From an uncultured Candidatus Saccharibacteria bacterium (GTDB lineage Bacteria > Patescibacteriota > Saccharimonadia > QS-5-54-17), in the NCBI GenBank assembly GCA_964415975.1, contig CAYQCN010000002.1:1-62352 (forward strand): 62,352 nucleotides of DNA, written 5' to 3'. The translations under genes were made by a program, and so were the position numbers. Position 1 is the stretch's first letter, and each line of letters begins with the position of its first letter. The notes below the pieces were generated by a model that did no database searches, had not been told where the DNA came from, and worked only from the letters and a program-made list of their open reading frames with translations. This document shows, one piece after another, positions 18,381 to 28,044 of the stretch.

Positions 18381-18950
18381 ATGCACTGGATTATGTATTT
18401 GATTGGTGGATTGACTATAGTGTGCGGTGCCATGTTGGCGCTTGGTGTTTATATTTCGCCAAAAGATGAACTTGAGAAAAGTGCCGTTATAGTTGCGGTT
18501 AGCGGTGGAGATACTATATCCCGCACCAGAGAGGCAGTCGACCTATATAAAGCTGGCTGGGCACCGCGTCTTATATTTTCTGGGGCTGCCAAAGATCCAG
18601 ACAGCAAATCCAACGCAGAGGCTATGCGAGACTATGCTGTGGGTCGTGGCGTATCTCCTGATGTAATAACCTTAGAGGAAGAGTCCGGCAATACTAGGGA
18701 AAATGCTACTCGTTCGGCGGCATTAGTTGAGGCTCTTGAATATGAATCTGTCATTTTAGTGACATCACCCTATCATCAGCGTAGGACATATATAGAGTTT
18801 AGCAGCCAGCTAAATGATGAAATAAAAATCATAAATCACCCAGCAACGGATGAGCAGTGGAGCAGGCGGGCTTGGTGGCGGTCGCCTTTTGGCTGGTATA
18901 TAACTGCTAGTGAGGCACCGAAAGTATTGTATGCGCTAACGCAAAGTTAA
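18381..18950 (+). CDS. DUF218 (YdcF/SanA-like) membrane-anchored protein
   Basis: N-terminal TM helix, then VAVSGGD, TRENA and TSPYHQRR motifs. Confidence 0.75.
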   Translation: MHWIMYLIGGLTIVCGAMLALGVYISPKDELEKSAVIVAVSGGDTISRTREAVDLYKAGWAPRLIFSGAAKDPDSKSNAEAMRDYAVGRGVSPDVITLEEESGNTRENATRSAALVEALEYESVILVTSPYHQRRTYIEFSSQLNDEIKIINHPATDEQWSRRAWWRSPFGWYITASEAPKVLYALTQS

Positions 18951-19047
18951 ATTAGCTACATCTATTAGGTAGATTAAATAATCCATATATAAACACGAGA
19001 CAAGAGAGGTTCAAGGTTTTAGCCGAATAAGACCAATACTATGCTCC

Positions 19048-19088
19048 ATGCCCTCGCTGTCAAGGTCGGACCTTGACAGCGAGGGCAT
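19048..19088. repeat. Perfect 18-bp GC-rich inverted repeat (hairpin, 5-nt loop) in the intergenic region
   Basis: ATGCCCTCGCTGTCAAGG-TCGGA-CCTTGACAGCGAGGGCAT, with no adjacent U-tract on either strand. Confidence 0.85.
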
Positions 19089-19150
19089 ACCGGGAGAAGG
19101 TGTAGAGTGTTTTTGGTGATTAAGTCTGTTGGTGAGTTATAGTGAGAAGT

Positions 19151-20197
19151 ATGAAAGTATTTGTCGGTATGAGCGGCGGTGTTGATAGCTCGGTAACGGC
19201 GGCTCTGTGTAAGCAGCAGGGACATGAAGTTACTGGTGTTTATATGAAGAATTGGACGCAAGACATTGCCGGAGTCGAGTGTGCTTGGCGAGACGATTTA
19301 GCTGATGCCAAAAGCGTGGCTGCTATTTTAGATATAGACTTTTTGGTTTTTGATTTTGAAAAAGAGTATAGGCACCGGGTAGTAGATTATATGGTGTCTG
19401 AATACAGAGCAGGCCGCACACCCAATCCTGATATTATGTGCAACCAGGAGGTCAAGTTCAGGCTATTCTTAGATACAGCGATTGAACACGGAGCCGATAA
19501 GATAGCTACAGGTCATTATGCGCAAGCGGTAAATTGCAGGTTGCTAGCCGGCAAAGACGACAGTAAAGATCAGAGCTATTTCCTTTATAGGGTTAGTGCT
19601 GAGGCGTTAGAGAAGACTTTATTCCCACTTGGCGGATATATGAAATCAGAGGTTCGAGACATGGCCGAAGAGTTTGGCTTGCCGACAGCCAGCAAACCCG
19701 ACTCACAGGGTATTTGTTTTATTGGAGAGGTGAGTATTAAGGAATTCTTGCAAGATTATATCGATACTCGACCTGGGCCGATAGTTCATGCTAAGACTGG
19801 CGAACAGCTAGGAGAGCATGAAGGGGCGGAGCTTTATACCATAGGCCAACGCCAGGGTCTAGGTATTGGTGGTGGTTTGCCGCTCTATGTCTGTGACAAA
19901 GATGTGGCCAACAACACAGTCTATGTGACCGACAATCTAGGCGAATTGATGATAAAAGAATTTTCAATCACTGATTTGCACTGGATCAATCATGCGCCAG
20001 AGGCTGACGAGGAATATCAGGTGCGTTTGCGGCACCAAGGTGGATTGAGCCCTGTATCAGTAAGCCGGCTAGATGAAGACACTGCCCATCTCTCGCTGAC
20101 TGAGCCGGAAAGAGCCATCACTCCAGGTCAGTCGGCTGTATTGTATCGGGAAGTAGATGATGGGCTGGAGGTGGTTGGTGGGGGAATTGTTTGCTAG
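19151..20197 (+). CDS. mnmA: tRNA-specific 2-thiouridylase
   Basis: PP-loop GMSGGVDSS, ATGHYA, KDQSYFL and DSQGICFIG motifs. Confidence 0.95.
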   Translation: MKVFVGMSGGVDSSVTAALCKQQGHEVTGVYMKNWTQDIAGVECAWRDDLADAKSVAAILDIDFLVFDFEKEYRHRVVDYMVSEYRAGRTPNPDIMCNQEVKFRLFLDTAIEHGADKIATGHYAQAVNCRLLAGKDDSKDQSYFLYRVSAEALEKTLFPLGGYMKSEVRDMAEEFGLPTASKPDSQGICFIGEVSIKEFLQDYIDTRPGPIVHAKTGEQLGEHEGAELYTIGQRQGLGIGGGLPLYVCDKDVANNTVYVTDNLGELMIKEFSITDLHWINHAPEADEEYQVRLRHQGGLSPVSVSRLDEDTAHLSLTEPERAITPGQSAVLYREVDDGLEVVGGGIVC

Positions 20198-20379
20198 TAA
20201 TTAGTTATCAAGTTCGTAAAGTTATAAAGTTAAAAGCCTTAAAAGCTATACTCAGCTCATACTCCAACTCTTTACAAACTTTATAACTTTCAACTTTACA
20301 ACTAAACTAACCCTACAACCCTAACCACCTGCCGAGTGTATTTTGGCGAATGGTTGTTTTTGGTTACAATAAAACTTAT

Positions 20380-22290
20380 ATGACAGCCCAAGAAATTCGT
20401 CAGAAGTACTTGGAGTTTCTCCAAGCGAGAGATCATGTGGCAATCCCAAGAGCTAATTTGGTGCCACAAGACGATCCTACCACACTCTTTACGGGGTCCG
20501 GTATGCAGCCGTTGCTGCCGTACTTGCTGGGAGAGGAGCATCCAAAAGGAGTGCGACTTACAGACTCGCAGACATGCTTACGGGCAGAAGATATTGAAGA
20601 AGTGGGAGACAATCGCCACACTACATTTTTTGAGATGCTGGGTAATTGGAGCTTGGGTGATTATTTCAAAGAAGAGCAGTTGCGCTGGTTCTTTGAGTTT
20701 TTGGTGGATGAAGTCGGGCTGGACCCTAACAGGCTTTATGTGAGCTGTTTTATAGGTAATGAAAAATTGGGTTTGCCGAAAGATGAAGAGTCAGCCAATA
20801 TTTGGCAAAAACTATTTGCTGAAAGGGGTGTCGATGCCATGATTGTGACTATCGGCAGCCAGGCAGATGGCGACCGGATAGGAATGCAAGGCGGCAGGAT
20901 ATTTTATTATGACGAAGAAGAGAACTGGTGGAGTAGGACTGGTAGCCCCGATCAGATGCCGGCAGGAGAGCCAGGTGGTCCGGATAGCGAAGTCTTTTAT
21001 GACTTTGGTGAAAGGGAGCACGATGAGAGCTATGGTGAGCCTCACCCAGCCACTGAATCGGGACGGTTTTTAGAGATAGGCAACTCAGTCTTTATGCAGT
21101 ATCAGAAAACAGATGATGGCTTCAAGCAATTACCTAAGCAGAATGTTGATTTTGGTGGTGGCTTAGAGCGAATCGCGGCTGCTGCTATAGACAGTCCGGA
21201 TATCTTTCAGATCAGCCTACTCAAACCTATAATCGATGGTTTAGAAGAGATGAGCGACAAATCTTATAACGAACACGCTCAAGCCATGCGCGTAATAGCC
21301 GATCATCTAAGAGCAGCTGTATTCTTGGCTGCTGACGGCGTAGCGCCCAGCAACAAAGAGCAAGGTTATGTAGCTCGTCGTTTGATGAGGAGGGCTATAA
21401 AGTTTGCTTTTGATTTAGACATCGAACAAGACCTAGTTGTGCGCAGTGCGCCTCTTGTCATTGAGTCTTATAAGGATGATTTTCAGGAGTTAGAAAATCG
21501 GCAAGATGAAATATTGGATATATTAAAGAAAGAAGAAAGTGTCTTTCGCCAAACTCTACGCAAAGGTTTACGCGAGCTTGAGAAGATGGTCAATCACCGA
21601 CTTAAAGAGGCTGGTAATATAAAAAATGTAGAGATAGCTGGCGATGATGTATTTGTTCTGTATGACACTTTCGGCTTTCCCGCAGAGTTGACTGCAGAAG
21701 AAGTCTCGAGGCTGGGTGCGAAATTGTCTGATAACTGGATACAAGACTTCGAACATAAACTAGATGAGCAACGCGAACGCTCGCGGACGGCTAGCAAGGG
21801 GCAGTTTAAGGGTGGCTTAAGTGGCAGTGGTGATGTTCACAAAAAATACCACACTGCTACACATCTCTTGTATCGAGTTTTACGTGAAGTTTTAGGTGAT
21901 CATGTAGTGCAGCACGGATCCAATATTACTGATGAGCGATTAAGGTTTGACTTTTCTCATCCTGAAAAAATGACAGCCGAACAGAAGCAGGCAGTAGAGC
22001 AGATAGTCAACGAGCGAATTGACAAAGACCTTTATGTTTCATGGGAGGAATTGCCCACCGATGAGGCGATGCGACGTGGCGCGTACGGTGCTTTCGGTGA
22101 TACTTATGGTGATACTGTTAAGGTGTATTCGATGAAAGATGATAATGGCAAACTGTATAGCTTTGAGATATGTGGAGGACCGCATGTAAGTCGCACCTCT
22201 GAGCTAGCTGCAGATGGAAAGCGCTTCAAGATTAAAAAAGAAGAATCTTCCAGTGCTGGCATTCGGCGCATCAAAGCAGTCCTTGTTTGA
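20380..22290 (+). CDS. alaS: Alanyl-tRNA synthetase, short form ending after the editing domain
   Basis: FTGSGMQ, RHTTFFEMLGNWS and GGGLERI motifs. Editing motifs HTATHLL and CGGPHV. Ends ...GIRRIKAVLV with no C-Ala domain. Confidence 0.95.
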   Translation: MTAQEIRQKYLEFLQARDHVAIPRANLVPQDDPTTLFTGSGMQPLLPYLLGEEHPKGVRLTDSQTCLRAEDIEEVGDNRHTTFFEMLGNWSLGDYFKEEQLRWFFEFLVDEVGLDPNRLYVSCFIGNEKLGLPKDEESANIWQKLFAERGVDAMIVTIGSQADGDRIGMQGGRIFYYDEEENWWSRTGSPDQMPAGEPGGPDSEVFYDFGEREHDESYGEPHPATESGRFLEIGNSVFMQYQKTDDGFKQLPKQNVDFGGGLERIAAAAIDSPDIFQISLLKPIIDGLEEMSDKSYNEHAQAMRVIADHLRAAVFLAADGVAPSNKEQGYVARRLMRRAIKFAFDLDIEQDLVVRSAPLVIESYKDDFQELENRQDEILDILKKEESVFRQTLRKGLRELEKMVNHRLKEAGNIKNVEIAGDDVFVLYDTFGFPAELTAEEVSRLGAKLSDNWIQDFEHKLDEQRERSRTASKGQFKGGLSGSGDVHKKYHTATHLLYRVLREVLGDHVVQHGSNITDERLRFDFSHPEKMTAEQKQAVEQIVNERIDKDLYVSWEELPTDEAMRRGAYGAFGDTYGDTVKVYSMKDDNGKLYSFEICGGPHVSRTSELAADGKRFKIKKEESSSAGIRRIKAVLV

Positions 22291-22342
22291 GCTAAGTTAT
22301 AATCTGAAATCGGTTATGATAAACTGATTGGTGTATAGATTT

Positions 22343-23614
22343 ATGGTATTAGATAAACTTAAAACCCGGATACGAAAACAGCCCCAAGACCGCTACGTAG
22401 TAGCTCTAGATGTAGGGACTGAATATGTTAAAGCCCTGATAGGCAGGGTGGTTGATGCTGAAGATGGGGCTGGCGACCCTCGGATGGAGGTGGTAGGTGT
22501 CGGGCGCAAGCATCAGAGACTAAGTGATATGCACTCCGGCGCAATAGCTGACATCGCTGGCGTAGTAGATAACTGTGACGCTGCTTTGAGCGAGGCCGAA
22601 GAGATGGCGGGAATCCAGGCCGATGAAGCTGTGGTTGGTGTGGCCGGGGAGCTAGTCAAGGGCAGCACGACCACAATTAAATACAAGCGTGATGACAGCA
22701 AGAAGTCGATAACTGATGAAGAGCTAGAAGATATCATAGAGAGAGTCCAGGCTAGGGCGCTAGAGCGGGCAAAAGCAGAGCTAGCCTGGGAGTCTGGCGT
22801 AGATAATATTGAGATCACTATGGTGAATGCGGCTGTAGTTAGTGTTTCTATAGATGGGTACAAGGTGACAAATCCGATAGGCTTTCAGGGCAAGCATGTT
22901 TCTGTGCAGCTGTTTTGTGCTTTTGCGCCGATGGTGCATATCAGTGCGCTTGAGCGTGTAGCTCTAGATCTGAATCTTAATTTGATAGGCGTGACGGCAG
23001 AACCTTTTGCAGTGGCTAAGTCGGTTGGTGCGGATACTGGTGAGAGCTTCAGCGCGATATTTGTAGATGTGGGCGGAGGTACAACCGATGTAGCTTTAGT
23101 AAATGATGGCGGTGTAGAGGGCACTAGAATGTTTGGTATTGGCGGTCGAAGCTTTACCAACTCTATAGCCAAGCAGCAGAACATTACCTTTGAGGCAGCT
23201 GAAGAGCGAAAGCTTGAACTTACTACTGAAGATAAAGACAAAGATATCCGTAAAAGCCTGTTGCCAACAGTCAAGGTATGGCTGAGCGGAGTGGAGCTGG
23301 CGTTGAGTGAATTTGACACAGTGGATCAGTTGCCAAGTAAAATACTTTTGTGTGGCGGTGGCTCAGGCTTACCCTACATACCAAAAGCTCTTCAAAGCGA
23401 AAAGTGGCGAGAGCAAGTTCCTATAGCAGATGACATTGTGGTTGAGCACATTCGACCCGATCAGGTTAATAGAGTTAAAGACATTACCGGCAAGGTGAGC
23501 GATTATTCATTTATAACTCCGATGGGTTTACTCAATATTGGCCTGGATGCCCTTTCGGCCGATGTGCCTAGCAAGCGATTTATAAACAAAATTAATAAGG
23601 CGATGCAGAACTAA
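22343..23614 (+). CDS. ftsA: Cell division protein FtsA-like actin-fold ATPase
   Basis: VALDVGTEYVKA, FVDVGGGTTDVA and LCGGGS phosphate/adenosine motifs. Confidence 0.85.
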   Translation: MVLDKLKTRIRKQPQDRYVVALDVGTEYVKALIGRVVDAEDGAGDPRMEVVGVGRKHQRLSDMHSGAIADIAGVVDNCDAALSEAEEMAGIQADEAVVGVAGELVKGSTTTIKYKRDDSKKSITDEELEDIIERVQARALERAKAELAWESGVDNIEITMVNAAVVSVSIDGYKVTNPIGFQGKHVSVQLFCAFAPMVHISALERVALDLNLNLIGVTAEPFAVAKSVGADTGESFSAIFVDVGGGTTDVALVNDGGVEGTRMFGIGGRSFTNSIAKQQNITFEAAEERKLELTTEDKDKDIRKSLLPTVKVWLSGVELALSEFDTVDQLPSKILLCGGGSGLPYIPKALQSEKWREQVPIADDIVVEHIRPDQVNRVKDITGKVSDYSFITPMGLLNIGLDALSADVPSKRFINKINKAMQN

Positions 23615-25254
23615 TGAAGCAAATATATCTAGATGCCGACGACGAAATAACAGCGATTATAGGCAAGCTTGAGCATATAGAGAATGAGCGTATAGCTCTT
23701 ATACCTCCGAAACGCTCAACTGCTTTGCAGAGTGTAGTAAATCTTAAACTGCTAAAAAAAGCTGCCTTATCTCGTGACAATGAGCTGGTGTTGATTACTA
23801 AAGATCCTGTGATTACAAACGTAGCCTCGCAACTTAAATTAATGACAGCGCCAAATCTTGAGACAGAGCCGTCTGTACCAGAAGCCAAAGATTCTGATCC
23901 CATTCCAAGCGATACTATCGATGCTTCGGAGGTTAGTGATAAAGATTACTCAAAAGCCGGCAGTGCAGCAAGCTCACTAGAGGGCGATGAGGGCAACGAT
24001 AAGAAGAAACCCAAAGCGGCCACCAAACATCAAAAGGTTCCCAACTTCGAAAAATTCAAAAAGAAGATACTGCTTGGCATTCTGTTGCTCTTGCTGTTAG
24101 GAGCCGGTTTGTGGTGGGCATTATTTGTAGCGCCTAATGCCCAGATAAGTATAGACGGTCTCACACAAGATGCTAGAGCCAATATTGAGTTCAGGGCAGA
24201 CCCTAATGCCGAAACTAATATAGAGGAGCGTGTATTGACTGCCGAGATGGAACAAGAAAGTCGCACGCTTAGCACCACCTTTGAGGCTACCGGCGCGGAA
24301 ACTATTGGCGAGCGAGCGACCGGCAGTGTGACGATCACTAATTGTACTGCTCAAGGGGATATCACAGTTAGAGAAGGAAGCCGCTTAACCGCTGCCAATG
24401 GCCTAGTATACAATGCCACTGAGACGGTTACAGTGCCAGAGAGCACCGTAAGCGGTCCGGCTAGTGCCCCAATATGCAATGAAGACGGGACTAGCCAGGT
24501 TCCTGTCGAGGCTGACGATATTGGCGAGGACTACAATATAAGCCCTAGTGATTATACGGTGGAAGGTTATGATTCTGATGAGGTTTATAGTACCGGAAGC
24601 AGTAGCATGGAGGGCGGTGAAGAGGAAGAAGTAAGTATAGTGAGCGAAAGTGACATAGAGGAGGCTCGCCAGGACCTGCTAGAAGAGGAACGCTCTAGTG
24701 CAGAGGAGGATTTGCGAGATCGATTTGACGGCAGTCTATATGTGATCGGGGCCTCATTTGAGGACGAGGTCAATCAGACTACTTCTGAGCCAGACGCAGG
24801 TGAAGAGGCCGAAGAGGCCGAGCTTGTGGTCGAGGTGACATACACTATGCTGGCGGCGTCTAGAGATGAGATGGAGGAGCTACTGCTGGCTGCATACCTA
24901 GAAGATAGAGAGGATGTTCAAGAGCAGCTAGGCTTAATAGAGCCTGGACTAGATGAGGCCAATATCGATTCTATTGATGGTGAATTCAACTTCTCCTTAA
25001 GTGCAAGTGGAGTGCTCGGCCCCAATATCGATGAAGATGAACTTAAAGAAGAGATTGGCGGAATGCCTTTTGGTGAAGCTATTGAGGTTATAGAGGATAT
25101 ACCAAACGTCAGGAACGTCAGCATCAATCTAGAGCCTTTTTGGGTGTCTAGCGTGCCAAGCAACCCCGACAAGGTTACTATTGACTTTGAGATAGAAGGA
25201 GAAGAAGAATCAGATCTTGACGAAGAAGACGATGGCGACGATTCTGGGGATTGA
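23614..25254 (+). CDS. Hypothetical membrane protein with an acidic C-terminus, coupled to ftsA
   Basis: 546 aa. TAATG overlap with ftsA, one TM helix (ILLGILLLLLLGAGLWWALFV), and a D/E-rich tail. Confidence 0.65.
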   Translation: MKQIYLDADDEITAIIGKLEHIENERIALIPPKRSTALQSVVNLKLLKKAALSRDNELVLITKDPVITNVASQLKLMTAPNLETEPSVPEAKDSDPIPSDTIDASEVSDKDYSKAGSAASSLEGDEGNDKKKPKAATKHQKVPNFEKFKKKILLGILLLLLLGAGLWWALFVAPNAQISIDGLTQDARANIEFRADPNAETNIEERVLTAEMEQESRTLSTTFEATGAETIGERATGSVTITNCTAQGDITVREGSRLTAANGLVYNATETVTVPESTVSGPASAPICNEDGTSQVPVEADDIGEDYNISPSDYTVEGYDSDEVYSTGSSSMEGGEEEEVSIVSESDIEEARQDLLEEERSSAEEDLRDRFDGSLYVIGASFEDEVNQTTSEPDAGEEAEEAELVVEVTYTMLAASRDEMEELLLAAYLEDREDVQEQLGLIEPGLDEANIDSIDGEFNFSLSASGVLGPNIDEDELKEEIGGMPFGEAIEVIEDIPNVRNVSINLEPFWVSSVPSNPDKVTIDFEIEGEEESDLDEEDDGDDSGD

Positions 25255-25627
25255 TTGGGGTAGCAAGCGGCTTGGTGTATCGCGCGCCAACTCACAGCTG
25301 CGCATGGCAGAGCCTCTAATCACGCTCGAGTGTAACGGCGAGTGCTTAGATGGCATAATAAGCCTAGCTGAAGAAGAGGCGGCTTCGATAGTGGTTGTTG
25401 GTCTTCCTCGCAACTTAGAGGGTGGTGAAACTGAACAGAGCAAAGAGATTCGCGAGTTTGCTCAAAAGCTTGATGAGAGTCTACAATGTAGCGTGGTTAT
25501 GCAGGATGAGACACTCAGCACCAATGCAGGCCAAGAGCTAGCGTCGCTTTATCCGAAGGCAGACAAAGACAGCCTAGCTGCCACGGTCATACTGCAAGAT
25601 TATTTAAATGCAAATCAAGACAGATAA
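25232..25627 (+). CDS. ruvX: YqgF/RuvX-family putative pre-16S rRNA nuclease / Holliday junction resolvase-like
   Basis: ILGIDWGSKRLGVS and DETLST motifs. Overlaps the end of the previous ORF. Confidence 0.85.
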   Translation: MATILGIDWGSKRLGVSRANSQLRMAEPLITLECNGECLDGIISLAEEEAASIVVVGLPRNLEGGETEQSKEIREFAQKLDESLQCSVVMQDETLSTNAGQELASLYPKADKDSLAATVILQDYLNANQDR

Positions 25628-25632
25628 ATATT

Positions 25633-26622
25633 ATGAAAAAAGTGTTTATAGCTACAGTATTGGGCTTGTTTGCAATTACTGCTGGTCTGGCTTGGTGGTA
25701 CCAGGCGCAGTTGAGGCCAGTATCAAGCTCGGAGCAGACTAAGTTCGTCACTGTAGAGCAGGGTATGTCGGCTCGAGATGTAGGAGCTGTGCTTGCTGAG
25801 CAAGAGCTGATTCGCAGTGAGTTGGCTTTTTTTGTGTATGCGGGGCTCAACAACTATGCTCAAAACTTGCAGGCTGGGTATTATCGATTGTCACCGACTA
25901 AATCTACTGAATTGATAGCAAAGACTATATCTTCAGGTGCGGTAGACAATACCAGTGTGCAGATTCCAAGTGGAGCAGAGCTTAGTAGCATCAAAGAACT
26001 TTTGGTAGAGTCTGGCTACGATTCAGGTGATGTAAGACAGGCATTGGCAGCTAACTATGACCTGCCTGTATTGAGAGACAAGCCAAGCCATGCCGATCTA
26101 GAGGGCTATCTCTTCCCGGACACTTACTTCGCCCCTTCCAACATCGAGATAGATAAGCTAATTGAGATGATATTGACCCATAGTGACGAGATGGTCGACG
26201 AAGATATAATTTCAGCCTGGGCAGACAGGGGTTTAAATATACATGAAGGCTTAACGTTGAGCTCTATAGTCCAGCGCGAAGTTTCAGACCCTGATGAGCA
26301 GCGGCTCGTAGCCCAAGTTTTCCTATCTCGCTTAGATGACGGCATGAAGCTGGAAGCTGATCCTACATTTATGTATGCAGCCAGGCAAGAGGGTGTAAGC
26401 GCATCTGTGGACATTAGTTCACCTTACAACACCTATCGCATAGAAGGTCTTCCACCTGGACCAATCGCCAACTCAGATTACTCGGCAATGCAGGCTGTAG
26501 CTGAACCTTCAAGCACTGATTATAGGTTCTTCGTGACCGGAGATGATGGCGTAACACGCTTCTCAGAAATTCTAGAGCAGCATGAGCGATACATACAAGA
26601 GTATGGCATATCTGGTACTTAA
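25633..26622 (+). CDS. mltG: Endolytic murein transglycosylase MltG (YceG-like)
   Basis: N-terminal TM helix, then LSSIVQREV, LEADPTFMY and SPYNTYRIEGLPPGPI motifs. Confidence 0.9.
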   Translation: MKKVFIATVLGLFAITAGLAWWYQAQLRPVSSSEQTKFVTVEQGMSARDVGAVLAEQELIRSELAFFVYAGLNNYAQNLQAGYYRLSPTKSTELIAKTISSGAVDNTSVQIPSGAELSSIKELLVESGYDSGDVRQALAANYDLPVLRDKPSHADLEGYLFPDTYFAPSNIEIDKLIEMILTHSDEMVDEDIISAWADRGLNIHEGLTLSSIVQREVSDPDEQRLVAQVFLSRLDDGMKLEADPTFMYAARQEGVSASVDISSPYNTYRIEGLPPGPIANSDYSAMQAVAEPSSTDYRFFVTGDDGVTRFSEILEQHERYIQEYGISGT

Positions 26623-26844
26623 AGAACAATTTATTAATTATGTCAATAGTAAAAATTATTATGATTAGTCAATATTATCTCTTTATTAAGGCAAAATAAA
26701 CATATTGACACTACCGCTATGCCTTGCTAAGCTTAATAGCGTTACGTTAACAAGCTATTCTTAGACGAATACTTTGGTAGCGAACTCACCATTACATACA
26801 CCTTTTAAAGTAAAACAGGTCGAAGGTTGTTTGATAACAAATGT

Positions 26845-27978
26845 ATGGTGGTACCTATTTGGCAACAGATAGGATTGGAGAGAGCGATTAGTATCAAACA
26901 GGCAAAGGCATTGTTGTTGCGACGCAATAACGACCGAAACCGGTTTACTAGCGTAATCCTAAGACAGAAAATTCAACGTCACCGCACACATGCGATGCAT
27001 GCAGCAGTGGCACTTATGATACTTACATTGACTGCTACTAGCAGCCAGATGAATGAATATACAGCGCAAAATGCCAGCCAGCTCTTAGAAGATGGTGGCA
27101 ATGGCTCAAGTGGTATATCTTCATACATAGCGGCCAATATGGCTGAAAGTCTTAATCTTAGCGCCGCCCAGCAAGTTTATAGCGACCCTTTATCTATCGA
27201 GACCGGATTATTGGCGGCTAGCGAAGACCATATATCAAATGTTAGCTCGATTGCTACCGATACAATATCTCGTGATGATGTACGAGAACATACAGTTGAG
27301 CCTGGAGAGACGGTTAGCAGTATAGCAGAAGATTCAAATATAGCTCCAGAGACTGTACGCTGGGCCAATGATCTAACCGAGAATGAAGAGGTTAGCGAAG
27401 GGGACACGCTTGTAATATTGCCGATGAACGGCGTATTACACAAAGTGGAGTCTGATGACACGCCAGAAAGTCTTGCGGAGCACTATGAGTCTGATACTGA
27501 GAGGATAGTCAGCTTTAACGATGCTGAGATTGATGGCTTGCCAGTCGGCGAAGAGATCATTATTCCTGGTGGCATATTGCCTGCTTCAGAACGACCTCAA
27601 GAGCAGACACAGTCCCAAGGGGGCAGCGTAGCAAGCACTCAATTTAGCCCTAACTATAGCAACTTTAATGGTTACGCACCTGGTTATTGCACCTGGTACG
27701 TAGCTGACCGTATAGATATACCCAACAACTGGGGGCACGCACGTTCATGGGCGATAAATGCACAAGCCACACCAGGCTGGACAGTGACTAGTACACCGAC
27801 TCCTGGCGCTATTGCCCAGCGTTCAGGTGGTTGGGGCGGATTTGGACACGTAGGTATAGTCGAGGAAGTTCGCGGTTCAGAGATAGTTATGTCAGACATG
27901 AACGGCTTTGCTGGGTTTGGGCAAGTAGGCACAGGAACGACTGCCGCCAGTGGTTATAGCTACATTATACGAGAGTAA
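26845..27978 (+). CDS. LysM(x2)-CHAP peptidoglycan hydrolase; start uncertain (26827 TTG, 26845 ATG or ~26992 ATG)
   Basis: TM helix AAVALMILTLTA. Two LysM-like segments (HTVEPGETVSSIAE..., HKVESDDTPESLAE...). CHAP motifs YAPGYCTWYV and GHVGIVEEV. Confidence 0.85.
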   Translation: MVVPIWQQIGLERAISIKQAKALLLRRNNDRNRFTSVILRQKIQRHRTHAMHAAVALMILTLTATSSQMNEYTAQNASQLLEDGGNGSSGISSYIAANMAESLNLSAAQQVYSDPLSIETGLLAASEDHISNVSSIATDTISRDDVREHTVEPGETVSSIAEDSNIAPETVRWANDLTENEEVSEGDTLVILPMNGVLHKVESDDTPESLAEHYESDTERIVSFNDAEIDGLPVGEEIIIPGGILPASERPQEQTQSQGGSVASTQFSPNYSNFNGYAPGYCTWYVADRIDIPNNWGHARSWAINAQATPGWTVTSTPTPGAIAQRSGGWGGFGHVGIVEEVRGSEIVMSDMNGFAGFGQVGTGTTAASGYSYIIRE

Positions 27979-28044
27979 TTTGTATCAGAGTCTTGCTATA
28001 TCAGCCCATTGCCCTTATGGGCGGTAAGGGTATAGTCTAGAGTC

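Noticed and set aside
20198-20379. Possible T-box leader upstream of alaS.
   Set aside because: There is no AGAGA/GNUGNA stem I features, no conserved T-box sequence (..GGGTGGTACCGCG..), and no antiterminator/terminator pair. The region is too short and AT-rich.
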